Source: Piromyces finnis finn
Taxonomy: Eukaryota; Fungi; Neocallimastigomycota
Direction of reading: 5' to 3'
NCBI GenBank assembly: GCA_002104945.1
Contig: MCFH01000005.1
Span: 992,001-1,056,000 of the forward strand
Length of the DNA: 64,000 bases
Below the pieces are notes generated by a model. The model was not told the DNA's origin and did no database searches. It saw only the letters and a program-made list of their open reading frames with translations. Shown piece after piece: positions 12,218 to 25,660 of this stretch. How positions within the stretch are numbered: position 1 is the first letter of the stretch; the number at the start of each line of letters is the position of its first letter. The translations under genes were made by a program, and so were the position numbers.

Positions 12218-13225
12218 TTTTTTTTGAATTTAGAATATTTTAATTTTTCATTTTTAAATATACATTATAATAATTATTTTAAAATAATATCATACTTTTG
12301 ATGGTTGGCCAGCTGGTTTGTGATATGCGCTAGTTGTAGTATCAGAATGAACAATAACGGGTGGTGTACTGTCAATAATTTCTTGAATTTTTTTAACAGC
12401 GTTATCTAATATTTCTTGAGTTTCAGCAGCAACATGGAGATATAATGGCTTTATGGTAATAATAATGAAATATTATTTCATATAAATATTTTTGATGAAA
12501 ATGAAATAATATTAATACTTTAGTTTTTTAAAGTAACTATAAAAAATTTTTTTTAAAATAATTTTAAATATTATTTACTGGATCCTTTGGAGTTGCAAGA
12601 GCTTTATTTGAATAATATTTTCCTCTTGTAATAATTTCAGCTTTAGTTTCTTCTTGAAGCTTATCTAATAATGACGCTTTGGTTAACATATATTTATTCT
12701 TTACATCATTAATTTCAATATTTTTACAAAAGTTTCCTTTATTTAAGCTATTATCTTTTAAATTATATGGATCTGGATTTACTGTTGGAGAAGCTGTTTC
12801 GCTGGTAGCTGTTGGTGTATTTCCAGTATTATTTGATTTATTATTTTGAATATTGATACCTTTAGCTTGTAAATTAGCTGTAATTTTTGCCAACTGCTCA
12901 TTAACTTGCTGTTGAATAGCTATTTTAATTTTATTGAAATTTAATAATACATAATATATAATAATACATACATATATAAATAAGTATTTAAAAGCTCTAG
13001 TACGATGCATAAAATATTATAAAAAAAATTACAATTGGAATTTTTAGTAGCATCAGTAGATGTTGGAACTGGTGGTGTTGATGAAGATAAATGTGAATTT
13101 GAATTCTGAAGTTTAGCAGCTACAGCAGCAGCAGCAGCAAGGGCGTCTGAAGGGTTTGGTGGTGCTGGTGCTTCTTGTTCTGCACTACCATGGTCATCCC
13201 ATTTTCTTTTGCGACTAAAAATCAT
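11215..13225 (-). CDS. KHDC4: KH-domain RNA-binding protein, KHDC4/BLOM7-like, with Pro/Tyr/Thr-rich C-terminal tail
   Basis: RKWD and ALAAAAAVAAKL at the N-terminus; IEIND...IITRGKYY...PLYLHV (KH1); IG..[37 protein letters not shown] (KH2). Multi-exon, stop at 11215. Confidence 0.88.
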
Positions 13226-14748
13226 GAAATATTATTATAAATAAAATTTTTTATTATCCAATTATTACTATTATAATCATTTTATTATTAAAACTATTTA
13301 CGTTTTATTATCCGGTGTAGTCATTGCAATTTGTTTGATTCAGTTTTTTATAATTAATTTTAAAGGTCTAATGATATATTTATATATATATTGATTTTAA
13401 ATATAATATAATCGTGTTTAGCTATTGCTTTTCTTAATTAAAATTATCTTTATTATTATTATTAATATATATTTTTGTTTTGAGTATAGAATTATTATAA
13501 ATATATGAGTAATAATTTCTATTTTTTTTTATAAAAGATATATATAATGATATTATATTTATAAAAAAGTTAGTAAAAAAGTTGAAATTATTCTTTTAAT
13601 GAAATATATATATAGATTTAAATGGTATTAGTATAACTTTTTATTTTTTAACTTTTTTTTTTTTATCTTCCAGAAACATATGTTATATATATATATTTTT
13701 TAAAAAAAATTGATTAAAAAATTGATTAACTATTAATTGTAATTAATCAAAATATAATTTAAAAAAAATATAAAAGAATAATTTAAAAACAGATAGTAAT
13801 AATGTTAATAAAAGACAAAGCAATTTTATATACTCAATAACTGTTAAAATATATTGACCATTTAATTTCTTTTTATAATTTAATATTTTATTTTTATTTT
13901 ATATTTACAAAAATGTTTTAGAATTTTTATGTCATAAAGGAAAAAAAAAAAAAAAAAAATCTATACATGATTAATACTATATTTACATTCTATTAAATTT
14001 AATATTAAAAAAAATTAAATTTTAAATATTTAGTTAATCATTATAATTTATACATTGGCTGATTTTTCTTTTATATTGTGGAGTTATTCTAAATTTATTA
14101 CTGTTTGAATGGATATATCGTCTTTATTTTAAAAACAAAACAAATTGAGCATAATTAAATTTAAATATAATTGTAATAATATATAAATAATAATTAATAA
14201 TGATAATAAATTTATTATAAATATTATATTATAAAATAGTAAAAGAAGAAATAAAGATTTCTAAATGCATCTCATTATTTTTCATTTAATTAATTAATTT
14301 TTACTATTAATGTTATATTTATATATTTTTTTATATGCATATTTTCTGATTATTTTACTTAAAAAAAATGTTTTTTTTTCTACCTTTTTATTTTTTCTTT
14401 CTTTCTTTTAATTAATTATAATATTGTAAAATTTTATTTTATTTTTAATGTTTTATGATTAAAATATACTCTATAATCTTAAACAAATATACTTTTATCC
14501 CTTTAAATTTAATAAACAATTTTTAAAACCATATCAAATAGTAATTTATCTTTACCAAATATTTATTCTAATTCAGAGGTTTAGTACAATTATCAATAAT
14601 CTTATATTTCAAAAAAAAAAAAATCTTTTTTATAAATTAATAATTTACATCAAAATAATTTTTTGTGTTATATGTATACATTTTAATACGCTTTTAATAC
14701 ATTGTAATATAATAAAAAATATTATCGAATCATATAAAAATTTTTTAC

Positions 14749-15142
<394 letters not shown>

Positions 15143-15690
15143 TATTTTTATTGCATATTATCAACAATAAACATTTCTTTTTATATTTTATTTTAAACAA
15201 ATATTCATTCTAGTATTTATATTATGTATTTTCATATGTTAATGATTATTTTTATTATATTAGAGGTGTATTTTATTATATAAAAATAGTATAGTTAATA
15301 AAAAAATTTCTTTTTCCTTTTTCTTTTTTCCCCTATATTATATATTTTCATTATTTTCATTATTATTATTATTATTATTGTGATATACTTTATTTTTTTA
15401 GTTAACCGCCAAAAAAAAATTTAAAAAGTCAAATTGATTTTATTATTTAAATATATTAAATTATATTATAATATATATTAATAATCAAAAAAATAAATAT
15501 TAAAAATCATATGCTAATTTAGTAATAAAATTATTTAATAAAACAAAAAAAAAACAACTTTAAAAATTGGGGAAATAAAGTAAAAAAAAAAAAAGATATT
15601 TTGTAATATATTATTATAATTAAATTTTTAAATAGGAATATTGAAATGATAATATATAGATATATAATCATGCAATATTTAAAATTAAAT

Positions 15691-15722
<32 letters not shown>

Positions 15723-15769
15723 GAAATGACTTAGTATTTTTTTTTTTTTTTTCATAAAAACTTAATATT

Positions 15770-15860
15770 TAAATGATTGCTAAGGCTGCTGTTATAGCTC
15801 CTTTAATATAAATTTTTTTTAATTATAAAGGACTATAGCAGTAGTCTTAATAATTATTTA
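15770..15860 (+). ncRNA. Putative pre-miRNA-like hairpin with G·U pairs
   Basis: aaggctgctgttatag(c)tccttta (15782-15805) pairs with taaaggactatagcagtagtctt (15826-15848), with three G·U pairs and one bulge. The stem extends outward via taaatgattgct / aataattattta. Confidence 0.45.
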
Positions 15861-17039
15861 AATATTAATTCTTTGCTTAGTATATACTCAAAAAAAAGGT
15901 CATTATCTCATTTTGAAAATTTTAAAAAGTATTAATATCCTAATAAAACTGATATTAAAACCAATCTTTGGTATTTTTGAAAAGATTCAATAATATTAAT
16001 GTATTATCAATTGTATTTGAATATATGATACCAATATATTTTTCTAATTAATAAGAATGTTTTATCATAATTAAATGTAAAATATGGATAATTATTAAAA
16101 AAATTTTGTTATTATTTAAAAGTATTTTTATTATAATTTAAAGTTTATTAGTGAATAATTATTATATTTTTTGTATTTTTTGTTATATATTTAATATATC
16201 ATTTTTAGTGTTTAATATTATTTTATTAAATAAACCTCTTTGTTATTATTTTTTTTCTTCAAATTCTTCTTTAAACTTTTTCACTTTCAAAATAAAAAAC
16301 AAAAAAAAAAAACAAAACTAAACTAAATTCTATGCGCAAAATTAACAATAAAAACAACATAGTCATTAAAATCAATTAATATTATTGAGGAGATATAGAC
16401 ATACATCCAAAGTATTTATATACTAATTAATTAAACAATGTTATTTTGCTATACTATATAATTAAAGCCTTTTAATAAAAGATAAAAAAGAAAAGGTAAA
16501 GGAAAAAATTTTACTCTTACTAGTAATAATAAATGTACAAATTAATGTTTTGCTAATTTTTTTTTATTTTTATTTTTATTTTTTTACATTTGTAATTCAA
16601 ATTTTATATATAATAAATAGGTTGATATACCATAAATATTATATAAAATTATTACAACAGTAATTGAAAGAAATAAAAAAACAAAATACTTCAGAATTAA
16701 AATTAAAGCATATTAAAAACAAATATAATCTTTTACAATTTTGTATATATATATAATTAATATATATGTTATTTTACCCAATAATTTTGTTATAAACTTC
16801 AAAAAATAGATATAACAAATATTTTAACAATATATATATTAAAAAATATCAGTAGTCTTTGCGTTTTTTTTTTTGTTTAATCCATTGTAACCATATTATT
16901 TGGGAAGATTTATTATATTCTTTCAATATCAAAAGATAATTTTAATTTTATTTTTAAAAAGAGAAATTTATTAATTTAAGAGAAAAATTTATAATTTTAA
17001 AAAAGAAAAATTATTTCATAAATATTATTAATTATTAAA

Positions 17040-18105
17040 ATGGACATTGCTAATAGTTCAAAGCCTTCAAAATTTAAGAAATTATATCGTTCATTAATGC
17101 AAGTATGTATATATATATTCGTTTTTTTAAAAAAAAAATAATAATAATAAAAAAAACAAAATATTTATTTTTTTTATTATATACTTTTTAAAGAAATATA
17201 ACAATACTATTGGTGTATTAACACCATATACACTTTATAGATGGATATTTACAATATCGTTTATAATAATATATCTCATTCGTACGTTGATGTTACATGG
17301 ATGGTTTATAGGTAATTAATAAAATTAAATATTTAAAGTACTGTATATAAAATAGTATTGTTATATTAAGATTAAATTTGTTTTATAATTTTACAAAATT
17401 TAATAAATTAGTTACATATGCATTAGGAATATATTTATTGAATATTTTTTTGGCCTTTTTATCACCAAAATTTGATCCAGCATTAGAAATGGATGATGAA
17501 GATGAATATGAAGATGAAGATGAAGAAGGTTTATCATTACCTGTACATGAGGATGATGAATTTAAACCATTTATTCGAAAGCTTCCAGAGTTTAAATTTT
17601 GGTAAGTTTAATAAGATTATAAAAATTAAAAAATCAAAAATTAAAAGGTTAAAAAAGTAATGATAAAATAGTGGGATTGTTTAAAATAATAAAAGTGGTA
17701 TGCAAATAAATATCTTAATATGGATGAGGAAAAAAACACAAAAATAAGTTTTATTAATATCAATCTACACTATATTATATTTTATTTAGGCATTCTGCAA
17801 CTAAAGCAGTTCTTTTAGCATTTTTCTGTACATTCTTTGATTGCTTAGATATTCCAGTCTTTTGGCCAATATTATTGTAAATAATTTTAATAATATAATA
17901 AATAGTATATTTATATAAATAAATTAATTCTTACTTATTAAATTTAAAATCATCTTTATTTATAATGCATTTTAAATATAGAATATATTTCTTTGGTTTA
18001 TTTGGTGTTACCATGAAAAGACAAATTAAGCATATGATTAAATATAAATATATTCCGATAAATATAGGAAAAAAACATTATACCACAGAAAGAAGTTGTG
18101 AATAA
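17040..18105 (+). CDS. RER1: Golgi-to-ER retrieval receptor Rer1 (5 exons)
   Basis: Motifs [54 protein letters not shown] and [16 protein letters not shown]. Confidence 0.95.
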
Positions 18106-19230
18106 TCAATCAATTACTTCTTTTGTAAATTATTTTTATTATCTTTAAAATCTAAAAATATATATAATGACAATTTAAAAGTAAATATCTGTTTAAAGTT
18201 GTTATTATTAAAATCAATATACACTTAATCTATATCAACAATTATAATCTTTTTAAAAACATAAAACATATTAAAAATAGATTATAATCCCATGTATTAT
18301 TCTATTTATTATAATTTTTTTTATATACATATACATATACATAGATTTATTAATATTATATTAATAAGTAGTAGGTGATGGGATTTAAAAATAAGAATTT
18401 ATTTTTCATTAAATAAAAATATATATTTAAAATTTTCTTTATAATAATCCTTAAAATATATTTTTTATTATTTCGTATTGTTCATATATTGAAAATAAAG
18501 AAAAAAAGTTTAGCAATGATCATTATACAGGGAAAATTATATAATACGTTTTATTATACCTTTAGATTTAATATTTTAATATGACTTATAATGGAAGATT
18601 TACTTTTTTTGAATAATTAAAATTTAAACATTTTGAATAATTGTTATTGGTTTATTTTATTGATATTTAAAAAACGATTGGATAAAATTTAATTTCAATT
18701 TTCAATTTTTTAAATATTAAATATAATAGAAGTTGATTTTGGCAAGAACTTGGATGTAAAACTAGGTTTCTTGTTATAATTTCTGGGTAAGAATTTCTTT
18801 TAATATTTTTTAAAATTTGAATTTTTATAATATTTTTTTTTTTTTTTTTTTTTAAAAAAAAAACTTTTTATATTTCTAAAATTTTAATTCTTAATTTGAA
18901 ATTATAAAGGTAGTTTAAAAATAATAATTTTTAAAAGTAGATTTTATTTTTTCTTATATTTATTGATAATTTATTTTATTTTTTTTTTTTATTTTAAAAG
19001 TATAAATTATGATTTTTTTTTTTCATTGAATATAATATAATAATAATCATGATAAATGTATTTAAAATTATTCTAATATAAAAAAGATTTATTAATTAAT
19101 TTATTTTTGAAAGAAAAAAAAATAAGAAATTTAAATATTAAACTAAAACTTTTAAATTCTTCTTCCCTCTTTTCCTTTCTTTCTTTCTTTTTTTTTTCTT
19201 CTTTTTTTTACAGTTACAATAATAATAATA

Positions 19231-21164
19231 ATGGCTGACACAACAACCGAAACAATTAATGACGAAAAACAAAATCAATTAAATCTTGACCTTGTAAAGG
19301 CTTGTGAAGAAGGTAATGTTGAACAAATTAAATCTTTAATTGAAGCTGGTGCCGATATTTTATATCATGATGAAAAAGGAAAAACTTTACTTCATATTGC
19401 TTGCGAAAAGGGTCATAAGAATGCTGTTTCATGTTTAATTAGAAATCATTTAGCTTGGTAAATATTATTAATATTTTTTGTATAAATTATTATATGAACT
19501 CAATTACTATTGAAATATATTTTTTTTATAATTTGAGAATTATTTTTGTATAAAACTTACACAAAAAAGAAAATATGGTTATTATTTGATAAATAATACA
19601 TTTCAAAGCAGTAAACAATCAAATATTTTTTTTAATCAATTATGAATAAGCAAAAAAGAGATTTTATAATTTTTAATATAATGCAGCTTTTTTTTTATTT
19701 CAATATTATAATAGAATTTTTTTTTTTTTTACAGTTCAAATCAATGTCAATCATATTTCATTTTATAATCATAATATATTTATTAAAATAATAAAAAGAT
19801 TTATTGAACTATATTTATAATTAGAATTATCATATTTAATATAAAATTTTATAAAACAGTGATTTTAAGAATAATATACCATATGTTTGAATGTGCATTT
19901 ACTTTATTCAATATTTATGAAAAATAGAAAAAGCAGAATATCATAATTATGTTATTAAAATTTTCAAATAAAATAATGTTACACAAGAATCAAAATTAAA
20001 AATTTTAACTTTTTTAAAATTTATATAATTAGGAATTCTGTTGATTTTGAAGGTGTTAGTGCTGCTGAATATGCTAAACAAGCTGGTCATGAAGACATTT
20101 ATCAAGATTTAGTTGAAGAAGGTGTTAGAACTGAAGTTCTTCTTGCTTACTTAGTAAGTTTTAATATTTATATATAAAATAAAGTATAATGTTTGTGTTT
20201 TTATTATTATAGACAATGATCTTAAATATTCTTTCCAACCAAATTATTTTATTTGTTTAGGATAATCGTGAAAAGAAACCAGAAGAAAAATTAGCTGCTT
20301 CAAATGCTGATTACTTACAACGTCCATTAAAATACCAAGATGATAAATTATTAGATTCTGAATTAAATGCTGTTATGATGGGTTGGGAAGCACCAATTAT
20401 GGAAAAGACTGCCAAAATTCTTTGTCCAAAGGAAGGTCTTTCTGTAATGAATATTGGTTTCGGTCTTGGTCTTATGGATGAAGCTTTACAAAAATACAAA
20501 CCAGCTCATCATACTATTGTTGAAGCTCACCCAGATGGTAAATATGATAATAATTATTATTATATTTATTATTATTGTTGTTGTTTGTAGAGGGGAAATT
20601 CGTATATTAGTATCAATGTTTATTACAAAATGGTTGAAAATATTCACCCTTTTTAATTACAGATTTAATAATATAAATTTAAAATAACATCATAGGTAAT
20701 TACTCATTAAATATTTTTATTTTAAATTCTAATTATAAAAAATAGTATACAAGCACATGTTAGAACTCGGTTGGGATAAAAGACCAGGTGTTAGAATTTT
20801 ATTTGGTCGTTGGCAAGATGTTTTAGAACAAATGAAAGATCGTTTATATGATGGTATTTACTTTGATACTTTTGGTGAATACTATGATGATTTACATGAA
20901 TTTAATGATCATGTACCAGATATGCTTAGAGATACTCCAGAAGCTACTTATTCTTTCTTCAATGGTTTAGGTGGTACCAATCCATTCTTCCATGATGTTT
21001 ATTGTCGTGTTGCTAGCATTGACTTAAGAAATTGTGGTCTTACTACCGAATATATTACTATGCCAATGACTGAACAAGATTCTGAAGTTGTTTGGCAAGG
21101 TGTTAAAAGAAGATATTGGTCTTTACCAACTTATAATCTTCCAATTTGTCGTTTCGAACTCTAA
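19231..21164 (+). CDS. RMT2: Type IV protein arginine N-methyltransferase 2 (N-terminal ankyrin repeats plus GAMT-like SAM domain)
   Basis: Ankyrin exon 19231-19457, then NAVMMGWEAPIM, VMNIGFGLGLMD, HTIVEAHPD, GRWQDV, YDGIYFDTFGE and YSFFNGLG. Confidence 0.93.
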
Positions 21165-22240
21165 AGAAAAATAATAATGAAAAGTAATAATAAGTAAAAA
21201 AAAAAAAAAAAGGATATAAATGTTTATTATATTTTTATCATCCTTTTATTTAAATGGGAAAATTATTAATAGTTTAAATGAAATAATTTTTTTAAATATA
21301 AAAGAAAAAGAAAAGTAATTGAAAAATTCTCTTTTCTTTTTTTCCTAATTATTTCATTATTAATATATCGTATTATAATAGTATGTTAGATTTTAGATTT
21401 TCATTATAATTGTATTATTATTATATATATAAATAATTACATTTAAACAAAAAACGTTAATTACATATATAAATAAATTTTAAAATCATCAAAAAAACTA
21501 ATGTTTTTTTTATTGTTATACAGGTTTTATTAATGCATCTTAAAACAAAACATTTTTAAAGTTAAACTTTATTCAATTCATACAATTTGTATACATTATT
21601 TAAATGTTAGTTATTCTATCAATAAATATATATATATTTGATAATTTAATTATCTTTTTTTTTTTTATTCATTTTCATATTTCAACATTAAGAATACTTT
21701 TAGTATTACTCTAGTTAAAAGTAGTATGAAATACTAAAAAAAAAAAAAAGATAGTAAACTAAAAATTTATTTAATTTGTTTTACTTTATATACTAAAAGT
21801 TATTTTTATATATATATATATTATATATAAAATTTTGAAACATAACATAAATTTTTTTTTTTTTTTTTTTTTTGTATTCTTATGTTTCAAGAAGGAAAAA
21901 AAAAATTTTTTTTTCTTTGAAAAAAAAAAAAAGTTTAAAAAATAAATAAATAAATTCAAACATTAAACTAGAAAAAATAAAAATAATAATAAAATAATAA
22001 AGCTCCAACAATTTTAGATTTTATATAGAAATATATAAATTGACACAAATCAAATCAATTTATATTTTTCAAAAATTAAAAAAAAAAAAAAAAAAAAAAT
22101 TAAAAAATATGAAATCTAATTTTGAAATTCAATTTGAATAATTAAAGAAAGTCAAAATCAAAATTATTGTAAAAATAACAAAACAATATTAAAATAATAA
22201 AAAACTAATATCTAATATTAAAATATTAAAAATAAATAAA

Positions 22241-23967
22241 ATGAAAAACATCATTTTTAATTTATTATCTGTTTTCCTACTTATTATTGAATTAGTTTAT
22301 GCTATAGAGGAAAACTATGATGATAATAATGCTAACACAACTACTATAATTGAAGTAAGTTCCACCATTAATGATTTAACACCAACAGAAACTGTAGATG
22401 CAACAGAATCAGTTGAAGTTGCAGCTAAAAATATTACCTCCGAAGATAATCCAGATGAAGTAAATAATTTCGATAACATGACACATATTTCTATAAGCTC
22501 TGTTTATAAATCTGTTGTAACAAATCACATGAAGGCTGAAATTCATTGTCTCTATAATAGAGAAGATCAATGTGAAATTTTTCAAGATCAATTAAGAGAT
22601 ATTTTAAGTCAATTTGAAAGCGTTTTCGGTATGTATACTATATTTATTAATATATTAATAACTAATAAGTTTAATTTTTATTAATATTTTTTTATTTCTA
22701 TATTCATGTTTTTAATATCAAAAAATGTATCAATTATTTCATATGATATATTTCACGGATAATAGTAATTAAGGAAGATATTTCGTTGTCATTATTTTTA
22801 ATGGATTTAACCTATATGTGTAAAGATTGTTTAGGTATTGTTTTACCTCCAAGTTTTGTTTATTTAAAAGAAGAAGGTTCAGATAAAGTATACACCTATC
22901 CTCAAGCTCTTGCAAAGCAATTAAATTTTGATGGAAAAGAAGATATACAATTTTCATCTGTAGATTTTACCATGGTTATTAATGTTGATCAAACAGACGA
23001 AGATATAAGAACTTTTGGTGAATATATATTGGCAAGAGAAATTCTTCATGGAATCGGTATTGCAACCACAGGTGATTTAGTTAATTCTAACGGTTATCCT
23101 GATTTATTTAATGAAGATTTTTATGCTCCACAAAGACATCCTAAGATTAAAGTAGATGATGAACAAGTTGATGGAGTTTATGTTAAATTTAAAAAATTTT
23201 ATCCATTGAGTATATTCGAAAGATATATTGTTAGACAATCCAATCCAAATGATTTTATATTTAATAGTTTAGGTGATATGTATAAAGTTGAATTCCCACC
23301 TCAAGATTATTACAAATTTATGAATGATACCAAAGGAATGGATAAAATTTATTTAAAAGAAAGTTATGATCAATTTTTGTATTCATCATACTATGAACCA
23401 GCAAAAGAAATTGCCAGATTATATAAGCAAAAGGGAAGTGTTGGATTTAAAACTTCTGATAATTCAGTTATTCCATTACAAACCTTTGATGGGGAATACT
23501 TAAAATCTTTAAGTATTAATCATATTGATATACCAAAAATGAAAAGCTATTATTATTATGAATATGACCCATTCAATAAAAATGAAATTAAAGATTATTT
23601 AAATGACGATTTCATTTTGAATTATACTTATATGTTTATGTATGATTTAAATACAATTAAATCAATTGTTAATAAGGATGGTAAATATGGAATTTTTGGT
23701 TCAGGCACCGTAAAAATTTTAACTACCCTCGGTTGGAAATTAAAGCATGATAAAAATAATGATGATCCAACCATTAGTGCCAATATTAAATATCAAGTTG
23801 CTACTGAAGTGGACATTCCTTACAATAATTATTATGATGAATTAATGAGAATATCCGATGAACATGATTACTATGGTTACGGATCTCTTGCTAATAACAA
23901 AATGGTTTGTGACATTAGAACTTATACCATTGCTTTACTTGCTATTGGTTTAACTTTAGGTTTATAA
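22241..23967 (+). CDS. Secreted or membrane-anchored zincin-like protein with altered zinc motif (REILHGIG); exons 22241-22628 and 22766-23967
   Basis: Hydrophobic N-terminal signal (MKNIIFNLLSVFLLIIELVYA), Thr/Glu-rich linker, HExxHGxG-like motif and hydrophobic C-terminal tail. The intron joins the two ORFs in frame. Confidence 0.75.
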
Positions 23968-24579
23968 TAAATAAAATTATTATTAATACTATTACAGTAA
24001 ATAATAAGATATTTACACATTAAAAATAGCAAATCATTAAAAAATGAATTAAAAAAAAAAAAAAAAATAGAAGATAATATAATATAATAAAAAAGTAATA
24101 TTAACGAACAAACTACAAAAAAGTTTAAATTTTTATTAATATTAAAGTGTTTATGTAGAAGTAGTACAAAAACTTTAATATATAATAACTTTTATAAATT
24201 TTATGTTTTTTAAAAAAATATTTGAAATTTCTTTTATTTAATATTATATTAAATTTTACATTGTTTTTTTTTTTTTTTTTGAAAAAAATATAAATATAAA
24301 AAAATTATTAATCATACTTTTTTATATTTATTCTATAATGGTATTTAAGAATAAAATACTATATTTCATTATATATATTTAATATTCACTATTATATTAA
24401 AAAAAAAGTAAATAATAAAACTAGATAAAAAAATAATCTAAATTGTCAAGTAATTAAATATACTTAACAGAAAGATATAAATATTTATGAACTTATTAAT
24501 TGAATCTTTAATGAAAAAAATAAATTAAAAAGTAAAAGGAAATGATAATGATTTTTTATGGTGTTAAATAATATAGTTT

Positions 24580-24616
<37 letters not shown>

Positions 24617-24753
24617 GATGTTAAGAAGAATAATTAGAATTATTTACTTATATTTTTATATTGTAAAATAATATAATATTTGATCTACTTTAAATATTAT
24701 CCTTTAGTTTTATTTAAACAATATATATTAAAAAAAAAAAAAAAAACATAAAA

Positions 24754-24968
<215 letters not shown>

Positions 24969-25099
24969 GAAAGAAATAAATAAATAAAATAAATAAATAA
25001 ATAAGGAACATTCTTCATTCTTTTTTTTTTTTTTTTTTTGTCCAATTGATTTAATAAAATTATGTTATTTGAGTATACTATTGATAATACAAATTAAGT

Positions 25100-25660
25100 T
25101 TTATATAATTTTTTTTTTAACGGCATCAAATATTTTTTAAAACTTTAATTAAAATTATAATACCTATTATAAAAAAATAAAAATAAAAATAAAATAGGTT
25201 TAAATAAACATAAATGAATAAAAATTGGGTATAATGTATTCTAGGTCATTTTAATTAAAATAAGAAAGTCACTATTATACTAAAGTATGATAATTGTATT
25301 TGACTTCCAATGGGGCACTAAGCCAAAGATCAAAATTTTGTCATGAAACATAATTATGATCTTCATTGGTTGCGCTGACCCTCCTGGCCTGTCTTACTGT
25401 TTCTTCAGTATTGACGCTCTTGGATGTTGCTTCAAACCTTTTGAACATTGACCATTGCTGGTCAATAACAAAAGGCATGATTTTGGTTAGAAGTTCCGCT
25501 GTTACCGTCAAGAATGGTGTTCCTTCTTAAGTGCCCGATTGAATCTGACACTTGCAAAGTTCTTTCCATTCCCTTGAATTGAAATTGATATTATTAAAAC
25601 TTCTTCCCCCAAGAAGGAATTTAAATATTAGTTATATACAAAAAAGATTCTGAATACATT
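25100..25660 (-). mobile_element. 5'-truncated LINE copy (ORF2 C-terminus, 3'UTR and poly(A)), same family as 52586-56050
   Basis: Closely matches 52590-53140: FLLGGRSF...WKELCKCQIQSG...PFLTVTAELLTKIMPF, with one in-frame TAA. Shares the terminus gatgccgttaaaaa followed by an A-tract on the minus strand. Confidence 0.88.
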
